Shown one piece after another: positions 40,073 through 53,150 of a DNA stretch of 64,000 bases. The position numbers and the translations under genes are program-made. The stretch is from the NCBI GenBank assembly GCA_002633005.1, contig NMRA01000007.1:634362-698361 (forward strand), written 5' to 3'. The stretch's first letter is position 1. Each line of letters opens with the position of its first letter. Source of the stretch: Phoronis australis. Its lineage: Eukaryota; Animalia; Phoronida. The notes beneath the pieces were generated by a model, which did no database searches, was not told the DNA's origin, and was given only the letters and a program-made list of their open reading frames with translations.

Positions 40073-40252
40073 CGTTTGAAGAGCAATTCAGTTGTCCTTT
40101 CCTGGCAAGAGAGCCCTCAACAGGTTGTCCGTCTGGTGTCTGGCACCAACACTGGTCTTCGTTACACTGAATGTTTGAGAAGCCTTCAGCACTGCACGTG
40201 GAAACATGCAGATCCTTCAAGCGAGAGGCATATTGTGGCCTCAAAATCAAGG
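40073..40252 (-). CDS. Exon encoding the C-terminal five Cys of thyroglobulin type-1 domain 2
   Basis: LHVSTCSAEGFSNIQCNEDQCWCQTPDGQPVEGS...QLNC. gcttacag acceptor, GTAGGC donor, phase 1-1. Confidence 0.9.
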
Positions 40253-41111
40253 CTGTAAGCAAATGGTACAATATCAAAAAAATGTTGTGGAGTATTGTCA
40301 TGAGTGTAATTCATTTGAAGAATTCTTATTGACTAGCTCATTAGCTCACGCACGGTTGTATCAGATAGAACACTTAGCCTCTGGTGGACTCAGGATTCCT
40401 TGTCCACTTCTAGGCCTGAAATAACCCCCATAAAGAGACCCGACACTGTAAATAGGAATTACAAAATTAAAGGGAATTCACAAAGTTAGCATCATAATTG
40501 GTGTAAGTTATTGCACAACCACAACATACCATGCACGCACCTAGGGGGGCTCGTGGGGCAAAGTGGGCAAAAAGGTCCACCTCAGACAAACATCAGAGCA
40601 TCTGATGGTTAATGAAAATGTAAAAGGAAGAATTGAAGGTAGAATGTCAACCCATCATATGTTCTAGAGTGAGAGTGACAGTTTAGCTGAAAAGACTAAT
40701 AGATGGGACAGATTAGTTCCGGTAAGTTATGTGCATTCAAATGGTAAATAATTGGCAAAAAACAACTGTACAGAAAATCCAAAACAACAGTTTATCCGAG
40801 GTATACTGTGCAAACAAAGCACAGACAATTATTCCTCATTTTCTTGTCAATGAGAAATTTGACAAGATAAATTTCACGCGAGATACCCATAAATTATATC
40901 AGTTTCGACTACTGATTGTTTTCAAGTTGTTTCAACATGTAAACCACTCTTGAATTCTTCAGTCAGTAGTGCCTACTGCAGTCTTTATCTCACAATTATT
41001 AGAGAAATTGTTGCTTACTATTATCTAATAGTTCATAAACAATGTTCCAAGAACACAGGTCAAGTTGATCACCTTTTTAGGACTTAGATGGGTACTATAC
41101 GTAGTGCTCAC

Positions 41112-41204
41112 CTGAAGAATTTTTCCGTGGCCAAAATAAATGTCGCACTTGAAACGCAGGCTTGAACTTTGAAGTGATGGTAGGATCACTTGTAGTGGTT
41201 ACTG
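41112..41204 (-). CDS. Duplicated Thr-rich exon copy C (AVTTTSDPTITSKFKPAFQVRHLFWPRKNSS)
   Basis: ttctgtcag acceptor, GTGAGC donor, 93 nt, phase 1-1. Confidence 0.7.
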
Positions 41205-41659
41205 CTGACAGAAACAGTCACGAGAAGTTACCAAGATCAACAATATTCTTCAATGAGTATCAGGGACAGACAGTTCAATATTATTGTCATTTTTGCATAT
41301 TGTGTACGAATAGCCAATAGTTGATCTTTTGTGTTTCTTGAAATGTTTTGTCTAATATTCAACTAGACTACATATTTCTGTTATTTGACTGCCAGCTGTA
41401 GACAAATTTTCTGACTTTCAGCCTATCAGCCATCCATATGGCAATTAGCCAAAAGTCAAGACAGAAGCCAAATCGACAACATGTAAACCACTCTTGAATT
41501 CTTCAGTCAGTAGTGCCTACTGCAGTCTTTATCTCACAATTATTATTAATAGAAATTGTTGCTTACTATTACCTAATAGTTCATAAACAATGTTCCAAGA
41601 ACACAGGTCAAGTTGATCACCTTTTTAGGACTTAGATGGGTACTATACGTAGTGCTCAC

Positions 41660-41764
41660 CTGAAGAATTTTTCCGTGGCCAAAATAAACGCCGCACTTGA
41701 AACGCAGGCTTGAACCTTGCAGTGGTAACCATGGTGATGGTAGGATCACTTGTAGTGGTTACTG
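41660..41764 (-). CDS. Duplicated Thr-rich exon copy B (AVTTTSDPTITMVTTARFKPAFQVRRLFWPRKNSS)
   Basis: cttctgtcag acceptor, GTGAGC donor, 105 nt, phase 1-1. Confidence 0.7.
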
Positions 41765-42061
41765 CTGACAGAAGCAATCACGAGAAGTTATCAAGATCAA
41801 CAATATTCTTCAATGAGTGTCAGGGACAGACAGTTCAATATTATTGTCATTTTTGCATATTGTGTATAGCGGCTCCGACTACGAATAGCCAATAGTTGAG
41901 TGTTTCTTGAAATGTTTTATCTAATATTCAACCAGACTACAGATTTCTGTTATTTGACTGCCAGCTGTAGACAAATTTTCTGACTTTCTGCCTATTAGCC
42001 ATCCGTATATGACAATTAGCCAAAAGTCAAGACAGAAGCCAAATCGACAATACAAGCAACA

Positions 42062-42699
42062 NNNNNNNNNNNNNNNNNNNNNNNNNNNNNNNNNNNNNNN
42101 NNNNNNNNNNNNNNNNNNNNNNNNNNNNNNNNNNNNNNNNNNNNNNNNNNNNNNNNNNNNNNNNNNNNNNNNNNNNNNNNNNNNNNNNNNNNNNNNNNNN
42201 NNNNNNNNNNNNNNNNNNNNNNNNNNNNNNNNNNNNNNNNNNNNNNNNNNNNNNNNNNNNNNNNNNNNNNNNNNNNNNNNNNNNNNNNNNNNNNNNNNNN
42301 NNNNNNNNNNNNNNNNNNNNNNNNNNNNNNNNNNNNNNNNNNNNNNNNNNNNNNNNNNNNNNNNNNNNNNNNNNNNNNNNNNNNNNNNNNNNNNNNNNNN
42401 NNNNNNNNNNNNNNNNNNNNNNNNNNNNNNNNNNNNNNNNNNNNNNNNNNNNNNNNNNNNNNNNNNNNNNNNNNNNNNNNNNNNNNNNNNNNNNNNNNNN
42501 NNNNNNNNNNNNNNNNNNNNNNNNNNNNNNNNNNNNNNNNNNNNNNNNNNNNNNNNNNNNNNNNNNNNNNNNNNNNNNNNNNNNNNNNNNNNNNNNNNNN
42601 NNNNNNNNNNNNNNNNNNNNNNNNNNNNNNNNNNNNNNNNNNNNNNNNNNNNNNNNNNNNNNNNNNNNNNNNNNNNNNNNNNNNNNNNNNNNNNNNNNN
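42062..42699. other. Assembly gap (N run)
   Basis: 638 N, directly abutting the exon-bearing tandem units. Confidence 1.
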
Positions 42700-43007
42700 G
42701 TGCCTACAAACCAAATTTCATGAAAATCCGTTCAGGACTTGTGAAGATACAAAGGTAAGCGTAAAAAACTAAAATTGCCACTAGGGGGCACACCGGTAGT
42801 CGGATCCGTCCGAAACTTCGCACATGCCGTCCCATTCATGAATGGAATATATGTGCCAAATTTCATGAACGTATGTCAAAGGGTTTTGGAGATAGAGCAG
42901 CGGACGCCGGACGCCGGACGCAGGACGGACGCCGCCCGGACGGACGGACGGACGGACAGAGATGACGGCATAATGCGTCCACATATAAATATGTGGGCGT
43001 ATAAAAA
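42700..43007 (-). mobile_element. HINE-like element 5' end (well preserved copy)
   Basis: Minus strand reads TTTTTATACGCCCACATATTTATATGTGGACGCAT followed by (GTCC)n microsatellite. Confidence 0.75.
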
Positions 43008-44066
43008 TAACGAAGTGCAAGGCAAGGACAAAATTCAATGGTATATTTATCACATATTCCCATTGTTAAACATATAACGAAGTAATTGATAAGCAGCTTT
43101 ATAACTGACCAGTTTGGAAAAGCCATTGCCATTATTCAACGTTTCGTTGCATGAACTAAAATAATTGCCAAAAAGACCTCCCTAACTCATTTTATATTAT
43201 AGCGCTGCTGTAAACATTCAAATTAATTTAATGCTCTAGGCACTTAAATTGGTGAGCCTGGTGTGAGTGCTTAACCCAGACATGAAAGCTTAAATCTGAT
43301 CTTTCAAGAAATTGAGGGTGGGCAGTTACAGTACACTGGGTGGATCCAGGATTTATTAAAAGGGGTGTCAGACCAAGAATTTTTTAAAAATGGGGGTCCA
43401 AGTCAACAATTTGAAAATTCTAGATTTGATATCACTAAAATCAAGGGAAAAAGGGGGGTCCAGACCCTTGATCCCACCTGGATCAGCCTATGTATCACCC
43501 GTACATGGGTGCTTAACTTCCCCCAGAAAGACGCCCTGGCCCGCATGACCTTTGAAATTGAAGTACACAGACCCAAAGTTGAAAGAATTTTCTGTAAGTC
43601 TAGTTGCCAAAGTGAAAGTTAAATCAACAGTCTCTAACCGACATAACATAATGAAGTAGCTCAGTACATATTAACAAGAGAAAGTATGTGTTAAGTAGTA
43701 GATGCTAAGTTAGATCAATCAAATGCCCTACTGTTGTTTGCACAGTTCAAGTTTTGCAACTTACGCGAGGCATTGTATCCCGAGGCCAATTGATGCACTG
43801 CAGATGCACAGGAATGGGTCATCCTTAAAATGTCATGTGACCCTGACATTTGTTTTCTTGGCATTAAAATATGATTTGTGGTGAATATTTCACTTGTCAC
43901 ATCAACTGTGACTAGACTAGCTTTGAAGTTGTCTTAACCTGTAAACCACTCTTGCAGTGTTCAGTCGAAATTATTGCTTATAACTATTGTTTCCAAAAAT
44001 TTAACCTAGAGCACATCCCAAGTTGGGTCACCTCTTCAAGACTCTGCTGAGTACAACAGCTCTCAC

Positions 44067-44186
44067 CTGAAGAATTTTGCCCTGGCCGAGTATAAAAACG
44101 CGGCAGAAATTGTACCGCAGGCTCAAACCTTGCCGCAGGGGTTGCAGTGGTAACCGTGATCAGTCTGGGTTCACTTGTAGATGAAG
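44067..44186 (-). CDS. Duplicated Thr-rich exon copy A (ASSTSEPRLITVTTATPAARFEPAVQFLPRFYTRPGQNSS)
   Basis: ctccttccaacag acceptor, GTGAGA donor, 120 nt, phase 1-1. Confidence 0.75.
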
Positions 44187-45467
44187 CTGTTGGAAGGAGA
44201 AATCATGACAACTGTTACCAAGGTGTACAATCATGTTTTTCAAAGAGCCTGTTGGCTTTTGTCTTTCAGGAAATTCTGACAACAACCAACCAAAAGTCGA
44301 CATTTTTATCTTTCAGATTTCTCAAAATGTTCTGTGTTCTGTCTAAAATGAGTAAACTATGGATTTATGTCTTTTGACTTCGAGTTGTACACAGAGTTTC
44401 TGACTTTTGACCTGTAGCTTGATGGTTGTAAAACAGAGTAAGCGATACAATTTTTATTCGAAAGTCATGACAGAAGCCAGTAATTCGACTCTTTAAGCTG
44501 TAGGCACCTGGACATTTCAACGGTTCAAGACGAAGGGGTCGAGGCCAGCAGCTAACATATAGCATGCTTTTAACAGCAAAAAATAATGATGTCCAAGGAC
44601 TAAATTTAAATTTACCACCGACTGTTAAAAGATAATGAAGTACCTAGCACCTTTAATACTGCCATCATGTTTATCTATAGGCACTTTATAATTTATTATA
44701 GTTGGCATACGGGAACTCTCCCCTTATTGAGGACACACTTGCCTTATTTAACAAATTAATCAAAATTTGTTTTGAAAAATATATTTTGTACCTCACTTAT
44801 TTCACACGATGCTACATGTACTTGATGGGAATTTCTTGGCCTCACCTTAGTTGAACAGGTTCAGTTTTGCACTTTGAAAATGTCACGTATCACTATTCCA
44901 GTGATCCACAATTTTAACTAACGTCTGAACATTTTATATTCACCATAATTCATCCATTTTTACGGGATGTATCATGCTACTGTTTACATGTGGTGATAGG
45001 GTCACTCAAGAGTCAATTGCCCAAAATGGCACTTCACCAACGATGGCGTGAAGTACTGAGCAGAGTAAAGTGACTTTATATTATTGTCCTTTTGATTCAT
45101 GTTGGCAACTCCAATTCAAAGAACATTAAAAAATGACAAACGTTTATTGGATTAGTCTGAACTTGTTGGCCCTTGCTGGTTGTCGTTATGTTGCAAACAT
45201 CTCTTGTGGCAGTTTCTCTTAATATTCATCTTTCCATGGAATGAATTTCTGTATTTAATTATTTCAATTGAACGTCATACTAAATGACCATTTTCACCAA
45301 CTCAGCTGTCTTCTTTATCTCTGGAAATGTAGCTTTGCTATTCATTATGGGACAGGAACAAAAACAATCAGCATAAGTCGTGCTCACCTAAAAAGGAATA
45401 AAAATTCTCATGAAAAACTTCTGGACACTTCAAGCACTTTGGTGAACAGAGAAGGGGCCGCCAAAAA

Positions 45468-46650
45468 AGACAAGAGCAACTCAAAAGGGTTCAAATGCGC
45501 CCATGACTGCACTGCTAACTCTGTTTCTATGAATTTTTTAATAAAAAATTGGCCACTAGGTGGTGCACAATATGTACGACCTGTCTGTAAATGGAAGGCC
45601 TCATAATCTTCCTTAACAGAAATCTGTTTGTAAAAAATCATGAAAATCTAGCCAGGAGCTCTGAGGATAGAGAAGCAAACAAAGTAAAAACAAAATTGCC
45701 ACTAGGGGGCACAGCAGTTGTCAGATCTGTCTGAAAAAAGTTGTCATCTGTTACTATGTTAATACTGAGGAATATATTCGCAAAGATTCCGAGAGGGGTT
45801 CACGAGATACAGCTGTGGACACACTAAAAATCACCACTAGGAGACGCCACAGAAGTTGGACCCATCTGAACATCAACGTCGGTCATGCTGCTCTCCATAG
45901 GAAATTATCTTCCAATTTTCTTGATGATTCTTGGAAAAGTTAGGTGGATAAAGAGGCTGAAGCCAAAACAGATTCAAAAATAAGAATACATTAAATCCGC
46001 AAAAAAAATTAAAAGGTATTACTGCCAAGTTAATAGAAACTGTGTCACTGGACTCTGAAGATATGGAGGTAAATTCAAAAAAATCAAAATTGCAAATAGG
46101 GCGCACTACAGAGGTGGACGCCAAACAATACTCGAAAACAGTTAAGAATGAAGCCACTAGGTGTAGCAGAATACACCGAATCCACCCAAAAATGAGAAAG
46201 TGGTGTCGTCTCCTTTACAGACACCTATTTGCCAAATTTCATAAAAATCCATCAAGGAACACTGAAGATCCAGAGGAAAATGTTAAAAAATACAAGAGCA
46301 ACGCTGGGGCGTTAAGATGCGCCCACGGTGCATTCAATGCAATATATTTCTAAGAGCTACTAGAAGGTGCTACAGTAGTCAAATCAGCCCGAAATTCAAA
46401 TCAAGGTGCTTGCCATCACATACTGCTGAGTCAAGTTTCATTGAAATTTGTCAATCAGTTCTCTAGATAACCCGAAGTGCTCTTTCCCCTAAACAACACT
46501 TGAAATACACTTGTCGAGGAACACAATTGTGCCAGCACATGGTCATCATTAACTAATGTAAAGTTTTATTAAAATCCATCAAAAGAGCAAGAAAGTCAGA
46601 TGCAACAAAATTAAATGGCCACTACTGGACAGGTGTTCCTACAGCAGTTA
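45468..46650 (-). mobile_element. Intronic HINE-like repeat cluster
   Basis: 3' ends ACAAGAGCAAC...TGCGCCCA (read on +) at ~45470 and ~46292, plus ccactagg subrepeats. Confidence 0.6.
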
Positions 46651-46682
46651 TCAAAACACTGAGTATTTCCCATCGGGATTAC

Positions 46683-47435
46683 CACAAGTACCATTTCCAC
46701 CAGCTGGGGGCCTCATTCCACGAAGCATTGAGGATTTCCCATCAGCGCTTTTGCGGGTACCATTTCCAGCAGCTGGGGGCCTCAATCCACGAATCCTTGA
46801 TGATTTCCCATCAGCGTTACCACGGGTACCATTCACAGTAGCTGGGGGTTTGATTCCACGAAGCATTGAGGATTTCCCATCAGTGTTACCGTGCGTATCA
46901 TTTCCAGCAGTTGGGGGCCTCATTCCACGAAGCATTGAGGATTTCTGATCAGCGTTAAAACGGGTACCATTTCTGGGAGCTGAGGGCCTTATTCCACGAA
47001 GCCTTGAGGATTTACGATCAGCGTTACCATGGGTACCATTTCTAGAAGTTGAGGGTCTGATTCCTCGAAGCAGTGGGTATTTTCCATCAGCGTTACCACG
47101 GGTACCATTTCTAGCAGTTGGGGGTCTAATTCCACGAAGCATTGAGGATTTCCCATCAGGGTAATCATGGCTACCATTTCCAGTAACAGGGGTCCTGAAT
47201 CCTCTAGGCAGTGAGTTATTCTCAAGGTTACCACGGGTACCATTGCCAGCAGTTGGGGGCGGGATCCCTTGCATCAGCGAGGTTCCCACATCAGGATTAC
47301 CACGGGCACCATTTCCAGCAAGAGGGGGTCTTTTCCAATGAAGACTGCCATGACTAACATTTCCATGAGCCGGGAGTCGGAACCCCCCAACAGGTGAGGG
47401 CTGCCCAACAGGATTTCCATCTTTTGCCAAGGAAT
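46683..47435 (-). CDS. Large exon with ~11 tandem 23-aa (69-bp) repeats, consensus GNADGKSSMLRGIRPPTAGNGTR
   Basis: gttcctttacag acceptor at 47435, frame open across all diverged units and indels, phase 1. The donor is uncertain; the last G|GTAATC at 46683 was chosen. Confidence 0.65.
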
Positions 47436-48604
47436 CTGTAAAGGAACAATTAATGAAATTATTATTACAGCCTTGGTCAACAGATGCCACCACTTGAATT
47501 CCTTCAGAGTACAGACTACATTGACTCCTCGTAGTAGCCAATGCCGTAATAGTAACCTGCGTTTGGGAAACCAGTTTTCTCCACCGAATAACGAGCATCA
47601 AACATGTTCTCAAAATCTAGGCCCCCTGTAAGTGACTGACAAAATGTTACCATAAGCAGTTCCTGGTTAATTCAGCTAGCACATTTAATTTACAGGCGCA
47701 GTGTAATTTTTCTTGCTCATTACCAACGAACCCCAATAAGAGGCCTGCCACACAATCAGTGTATATAGAGAAATGGTCAGATTTATGTAACAAATGCAGG
47801 TGCATAACTGTCGTAAACAATCTCGCCAAACGCACCACGACATGAAAACTAACATTGATATGATTCAACTTGCCTGCAAGAATTGAAAACAACATAAAAA
47901 TACACTTAACGTACACTTGGAAGATATTGCTAGATTCGTAACTTACACCAAACATGAGATAAGAACAATCTTTAAAAGGAAAAATAACTAACTAGAACAA
48001 GGGATTTTTTTATAAGGATCAATTCAGCATGGTCTCACTACTGCAGTAGATCAAACTGGTTTTGGTACTCTTCCGCAGATGTAGAAGGCATGATTTCTGT
48101 TGTTTAATATCTAACCACAGAAATAATGAAGAACATTTAATATGAAATCTTTTTCGATGGTCATGTTCATATATTTTGCAAACACGAGACTGAGAATTAT
48201 TTTGTTTATATGGTGCATTGATGAATGCATGAGTGGTTTTACTAGTACACCATGTGCACAGTCATGTACACATTAGTTGACATGCGAATTTTTATGGTGG
48301 GTTGCGGGACTATGATAATAAGAGATATGAGTTAAACCTGATATTTCAGGTTTTGCTCTCATAACCATCCATGGTAATGTTGTAAAAAATCAAAAATACA
48401 AGGTAATGCAACCAGTTATCCTCCAAATTACAGCCAAAGCTCATAGATGTCTGTGTGCTGGTTCTGTAGCACTGACTTGACCATCCACCAGTCTCAACCT
48501 TCAGTAAACAAACAATGTTAGACAGTTTCCATTTGGACTAGGCTATTTTTAGGAGGCAGAAGTTTCACCAAACACTCTTAAAGTACGCAGTCATGTGTAT
48601 TCAC

Positions 48605-48661
48605 CCACAAACATGTTGAAGTACGATAATCTCTTTCGATTACGTTCTAGCATTACGACAA
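48605..48661 (-). CDS. Probable 57-nt exon (V)VVMLERNRKRLSYFNMFV
   Basis: attatttttag acceptor, GTGAAT donor, phase 1-1, open frame. Confidence 0.5.
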
Positions 48662-49067
48662 CTAAAAATAATCTACCACGTTTACTTATATCTTTCTAGA
48701 ATATATGAACCAGAGAAGATTGGAATTCCGAACCCTTTCTATTACCCGGTTACGTAATACAAACAGTAACTAACTTGTAGAAGATTACATTTTTCCCTTA
48801 TAAACACTAACACTACAGCGCAACACTAAAGCTACATTTGTTCCTGTGTTGAAATGCATTTGTTGGCAATCTCAACGGTATACAAATACTGCGATAACCT
48901 GCAGTACCATTGTGCACTTCGTCCCATAGCGAAAATTATCTATCTGCCTTCATTGTTGCATAAACATGTTATGGACTAGGCTTAACGACTGATTGAGAAA
49001 GTGACATTTGGGGCAAACAATGATTTGACTGACACTGACATTATAAACACGGCGCAAAACAAATTTA

Positions 49068-50700
49068 AACAAGAGCAGCATTAGAGTGTTCAAGTGCACC
49101 AAAGATGGCACTGCAAAAACGAACACCAAGTAGTGCAGAATACGTCAAATCCATCCCAAAATGGATAGATGCTATCGCCATTATAACAGAAACTTGTTTG
49201 CCAAATTTCAATAAAAACTGTCAAAGAAATCTAAACATACCACTAGGGGGTACTGCGGTAGTCAGAACTTTCCAGAAGTGAAAGGGAGCCGTAGTCACAT
49301 TAATTTTATAGTCTATATAACATTTTGTAAAATTTCACAATGATCCTTCAAAGGATTAAGGAGACGCAAAAAGACAAAAATTGTTAACAGGAGGCATTGC
49401 AGTTGCCACATCTTCCTAACAGGAAAAAAAGAAAATAGAGGTAAAGGCAAAAAAACTAAAACTGCCACTAGAGGGCATAGGGGTAGTCAAATGGGTCTGA
49501 AACTTTTCCTAATATGTTGTCAGCTACAAAAAACGTGTCCGTAATTTAACTAAGATCCTACAAAGGTTAAGGAGACACAGCCATGGATGCAAAAAAACAC
49601 AGTTAGGGGACGCCAAAGCAATTGAACCCATCCGAATATCAACGTCAGTCGTGGCTTTTTCATCAGAAATACATCTGCCAATTTTCACAACGATCCTTCA
49701 AGCAGTTCAGCAAATAGAGGGGATGCCAAAAATGGACTCAAAACTATTAAAAATACCCACTACGAGACCCACAATATGTAAAATCTGTCCAAAAACGGAA
49801 AGGCATTGTTGTCACCTTAACAGAATCCTACCTGCCACATCCGACGACACACAGGAAAACATAAAAAAATAAAATTGCCACTAGAGGGCATACCAAACAT
49901 CGGATTGGATCGAAACTCAACATCAGTTGTCGGCAACACAAGAATATTTGTCAAATTTCACAAAGTTCCTCCAAGGGGTTAAGGAGATAGAGCCATGGAT
50001 GCAAAAAGAAAAAATCCCCACTAGGGGTGCCAGAGTTGTTGAACACCTCTGAAACTCAACTTCAATTGTGATATTTTTTAGGTAGACACATGCCAATTTT
50101 CATAGCACTTAGGCTGACAGAAAGGCAGACGCCAAAAGCAGACGTCAGAAATTCAAACAACACCAATGCAGAACATGGATATGTGCCCACCATCACATCG
50201 CATATTTCGTAGATACAAGAGATGATCACTATTTTCAACATTACCGCTAAATGAAGCAATACTAGTGAACTTAAAATAACCTCTAGGGGATGCATAACAA
50301 GTGCGCAATGCTCTCCTCAATAGGAACACACACCTGTCGAGACCCTAAAAGCCAAATAAACCTTGCACTGGAGGCCCACTGTAGTTGTCATATATGTCCA
50401 AAATTCACGTTCATAGAGATACACGTTGCCAAATTTTACAAAGAACCCACAGGAAGAAACAGCTGCGGATGGGAAAAAAGCAAAATGCTAGCACGGGACA
50501 GCACAGTGTTCAAAAGCGTCCAAAAATCTTCAACCATGCTCCTCCCAGTAGGAACATTCACAATTTTCATATCAATTCTTAGAGTGGTTTGGCCGATAGA
50601 GAGATAGATACCTAAAACAGACTCTAACACAAAAACCGACCACTAGGAGGCGTACACTATGTTTTAAATCCATCTGAAAACAAAAAGGTGTCAAAGCCGT
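49068..50700 (-). mobile_element. Degenerate intronic HINE-like repeat
   Basis: AACAAGAGCAGC end at ~49068 and many gccactagaggg / ccaaatttca subrepeats. Confidence 0.55.
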
Positions 50701-51859
50701 ATTAATAGAAGCTTACCGTACTCGTCCGAGTTACCGCCCATGCTCGGCTTACCGCCCACCCCCGAAATTTTCAAATTTTCATTTTTAAGTGCCCATGCTC
50801 TGCTTACCGCCAACCCCCAATTTTTCATGATCGAGACTTTCTTAAAAGTGTCTGTGCTTCTGTGAACATTCGTCGCTCAAAACTAAGATTCCAAACCCTG
50901 CGCAACTCGCTTACCTTTCAGTGACAATCAATCAGTTTTGGCGGAACAGGGACCTTGCCAAATACCTGATGGGCGTATTCTCATGCACTTTACTGAAGGA
51001 GACACAATTATTTCCTTTGGTTCACACGGAACTCGTGTCAGCATTTACTGATCACTGAGACAGCGCTTGTCGAATGTATTTCATTGCCGAAGAAGAACCA
51101 GCAAAGCAGCTCTTTTGACAGAAATTTCAAGCTCGCTGCCTACCTTTCTGTGATTTCCCGTGAGTGTCGTGAAAGTACACAAAACATGACCACCATGAGC
51201 ACCGACATAATTCTGGACACATTGTTTTGAATACAAGCAGACACGAGTCATTGTGACAAGTGAACTTGTCTTGCTGTTCCCTGCCTTGGTTAAATGCATG
51301 TTTTAAATGACTCACTCCAGACACCAAAATGGAAGCACCCAACTAACAGCAACATCTCAAGAAATCAACTTGTCATTAAACACAAGTTGAACATTCTATC
51401 CACATCCACTCGTCAAAAACTTATTTTTTGAACTCTTGATTTGCCTGATGTCTTTTTACATGATGTGTTTTTGCTTCATTATTTTAGCAGCCCATCAAGC
51501 ACCCCTATTGCCTAATAGTAGTATCATCTGATTGTTGAGCACTGTGTTTTGAACAAGAGTGTTCAGAAAGAAATATACAATATATATAAAATGTTTCATT
51601 TTTCAAACTAGGTTCAAAGCATTTTAATGTTCTTAAAAGAACTGAGACAATCATTAGCACCAGTCCTGTTTTGGTTGCCAAAGTGTCTAGCTGGGAGCAA
51701 ATCTGCAAACTTAAGGCAGGTGCTTCCCTTATAAAAAGGTGGCGCACTAGCGGAGTTTTGCTTGATCTGCCTTTTCTCTCAAGAAACTTGCCTTACTGAA
51801 CGCACGGCTACCTGACGTAGGAATACCTTAGTTCTAAGAGATGACGAGCAGCCATGGAG

Positions 51860-53150
51860 GTAAATACACATTTGCTAAATTTACTGCAAACTGTTTAAGA
51901 GATACAGCCATGAGCACAAAAAACGAAACTGCCACTAGGAGGTGCCACAGTAGCTGAAGTCATCGGAAAATCATCATCAGACGCCTACTTCATAGTAAGA
52001 AATTCAATATACATGCCAATTTTCACAATTTTATCCTAAAAGCGATTTGGTTGACAGAGGGGTGGACGCCAAAAAATAGACTTGAAAATGGTAAAAATGG
52101 CCACTAGGTGGCGCAAACTAAGTCAAATCCATCTGAAAACGGATAGCGTCACCACACTAACAAAAACCTCTACGCCAAATTTTTTGAAAATACGTTGAGG
52201 ACCTTCGAAGATACAGAGGTTAACGTAAAAAAATAAAATTGCCACCAGGGGGCACACCAGTAGTCAAATCTGTCTGAAAGTCGCCATCGCCTTTGTCAAC
52301 ATCATATCAATGCACTTATTAAATTTAGTGAAGACCCTACTGACAGTTTAGGAGATACAGCCATAGGCGCAAAAAACAAAGCTGCCACTAGGAGGCGCTA
52401 CAGTCGTCGAAATCATCGGATAATTATCGTCAGCCGTCCTCTTCATAGTAAGAGCATACATGCCAATTTCCACAATCATCCAAAGAGCGGTTTGGTAGAT
52501 AGAGGGGTGGACACCTAAGACAATGGCCACTAGGTGGCGCAAATTACATTGAATCTATCCGAAAACGGGAGGATAGTGTCATTTCACTAATAGACGCTTA
52601 CACGCCACATTTTATGAAAATACGCTTAAGACCTTGGAATATATAGTGGTCAGCGTAAAAAACTAAAACCGCCACTAGGGGGCACACCGGTAGTCGGATC
52701 CGTCCGAAAGTTCGCTCATGCCGTCCCTTCCATGAAAGGAACACGTGCAAAATTTCATGAACATACGTCAAACGGTGTTGGAGTTGGAGCAGCGGATGCC
52801 GGACAGATGGAGATGACGGCATAATGCATCCATATGTAAATATGTGGGTGTATAACAAAAATGGCCACCAGAAGGCACTAAGAACGTCAAACTGTCCGAA
52901 AATACGAGGGCATTGTCATCTCCTTAATAGAAACCTATTTGCCAAATTTCATGAAAATACAGTTATCAAATTTAAAGATACAGAGGCAAACAGAGGCAAC
53001 CACATAATTATTATAAACATGTGGATTCACAGTGGTACTTGGATCATTCCGAAATTCGTCATCTTCTGTCGTCAGTTTCATACAAAAAAACCTGCCAAAT
53101 CTCATTAAGATCCTGCAAGGGGTTTAGGAGATACAGCTGTGGACAAGTAC
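51860..53150 (-). mobile_element. HINE-like element(s) closely related to 11672-12711
   Basis: The reverse complement of subrepeats at 11760-12400 is recognisable. 5' end atatgtgggtgtataac (read on +) at ~52840-52856. Confidence 0.7.

Larger units (their letters stand above)
40933..42050. repeat. Recent ~545-570-bp tandem duplication carrying an exon; older third copy at ~43940-44490
   Basis: caacatgtaaaccactcttgaattc...gacagaagccaaatcgacaa occurs twice at high identity. Confidence 0.9.

Noticed and set aside
45388-45420. Possible small exon VFHENFYSFL with a GTGAGC donor
   Set aside because: Weak acceptor and adjacent to a HINE end; not supportable without reads.
46651-47435. CRISPR-like array interpretation of this and the other tandem repeats
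   Set aside because: Eukaryotic context, contiguous units without unique spacers, and no cas genes.
50716-50820. TACCGTA terminus with ttaccgccca subrepeats (Tc1/pogo-like end)
   Set aside because: No matching opposite terminus found, so the element could not be delimited.
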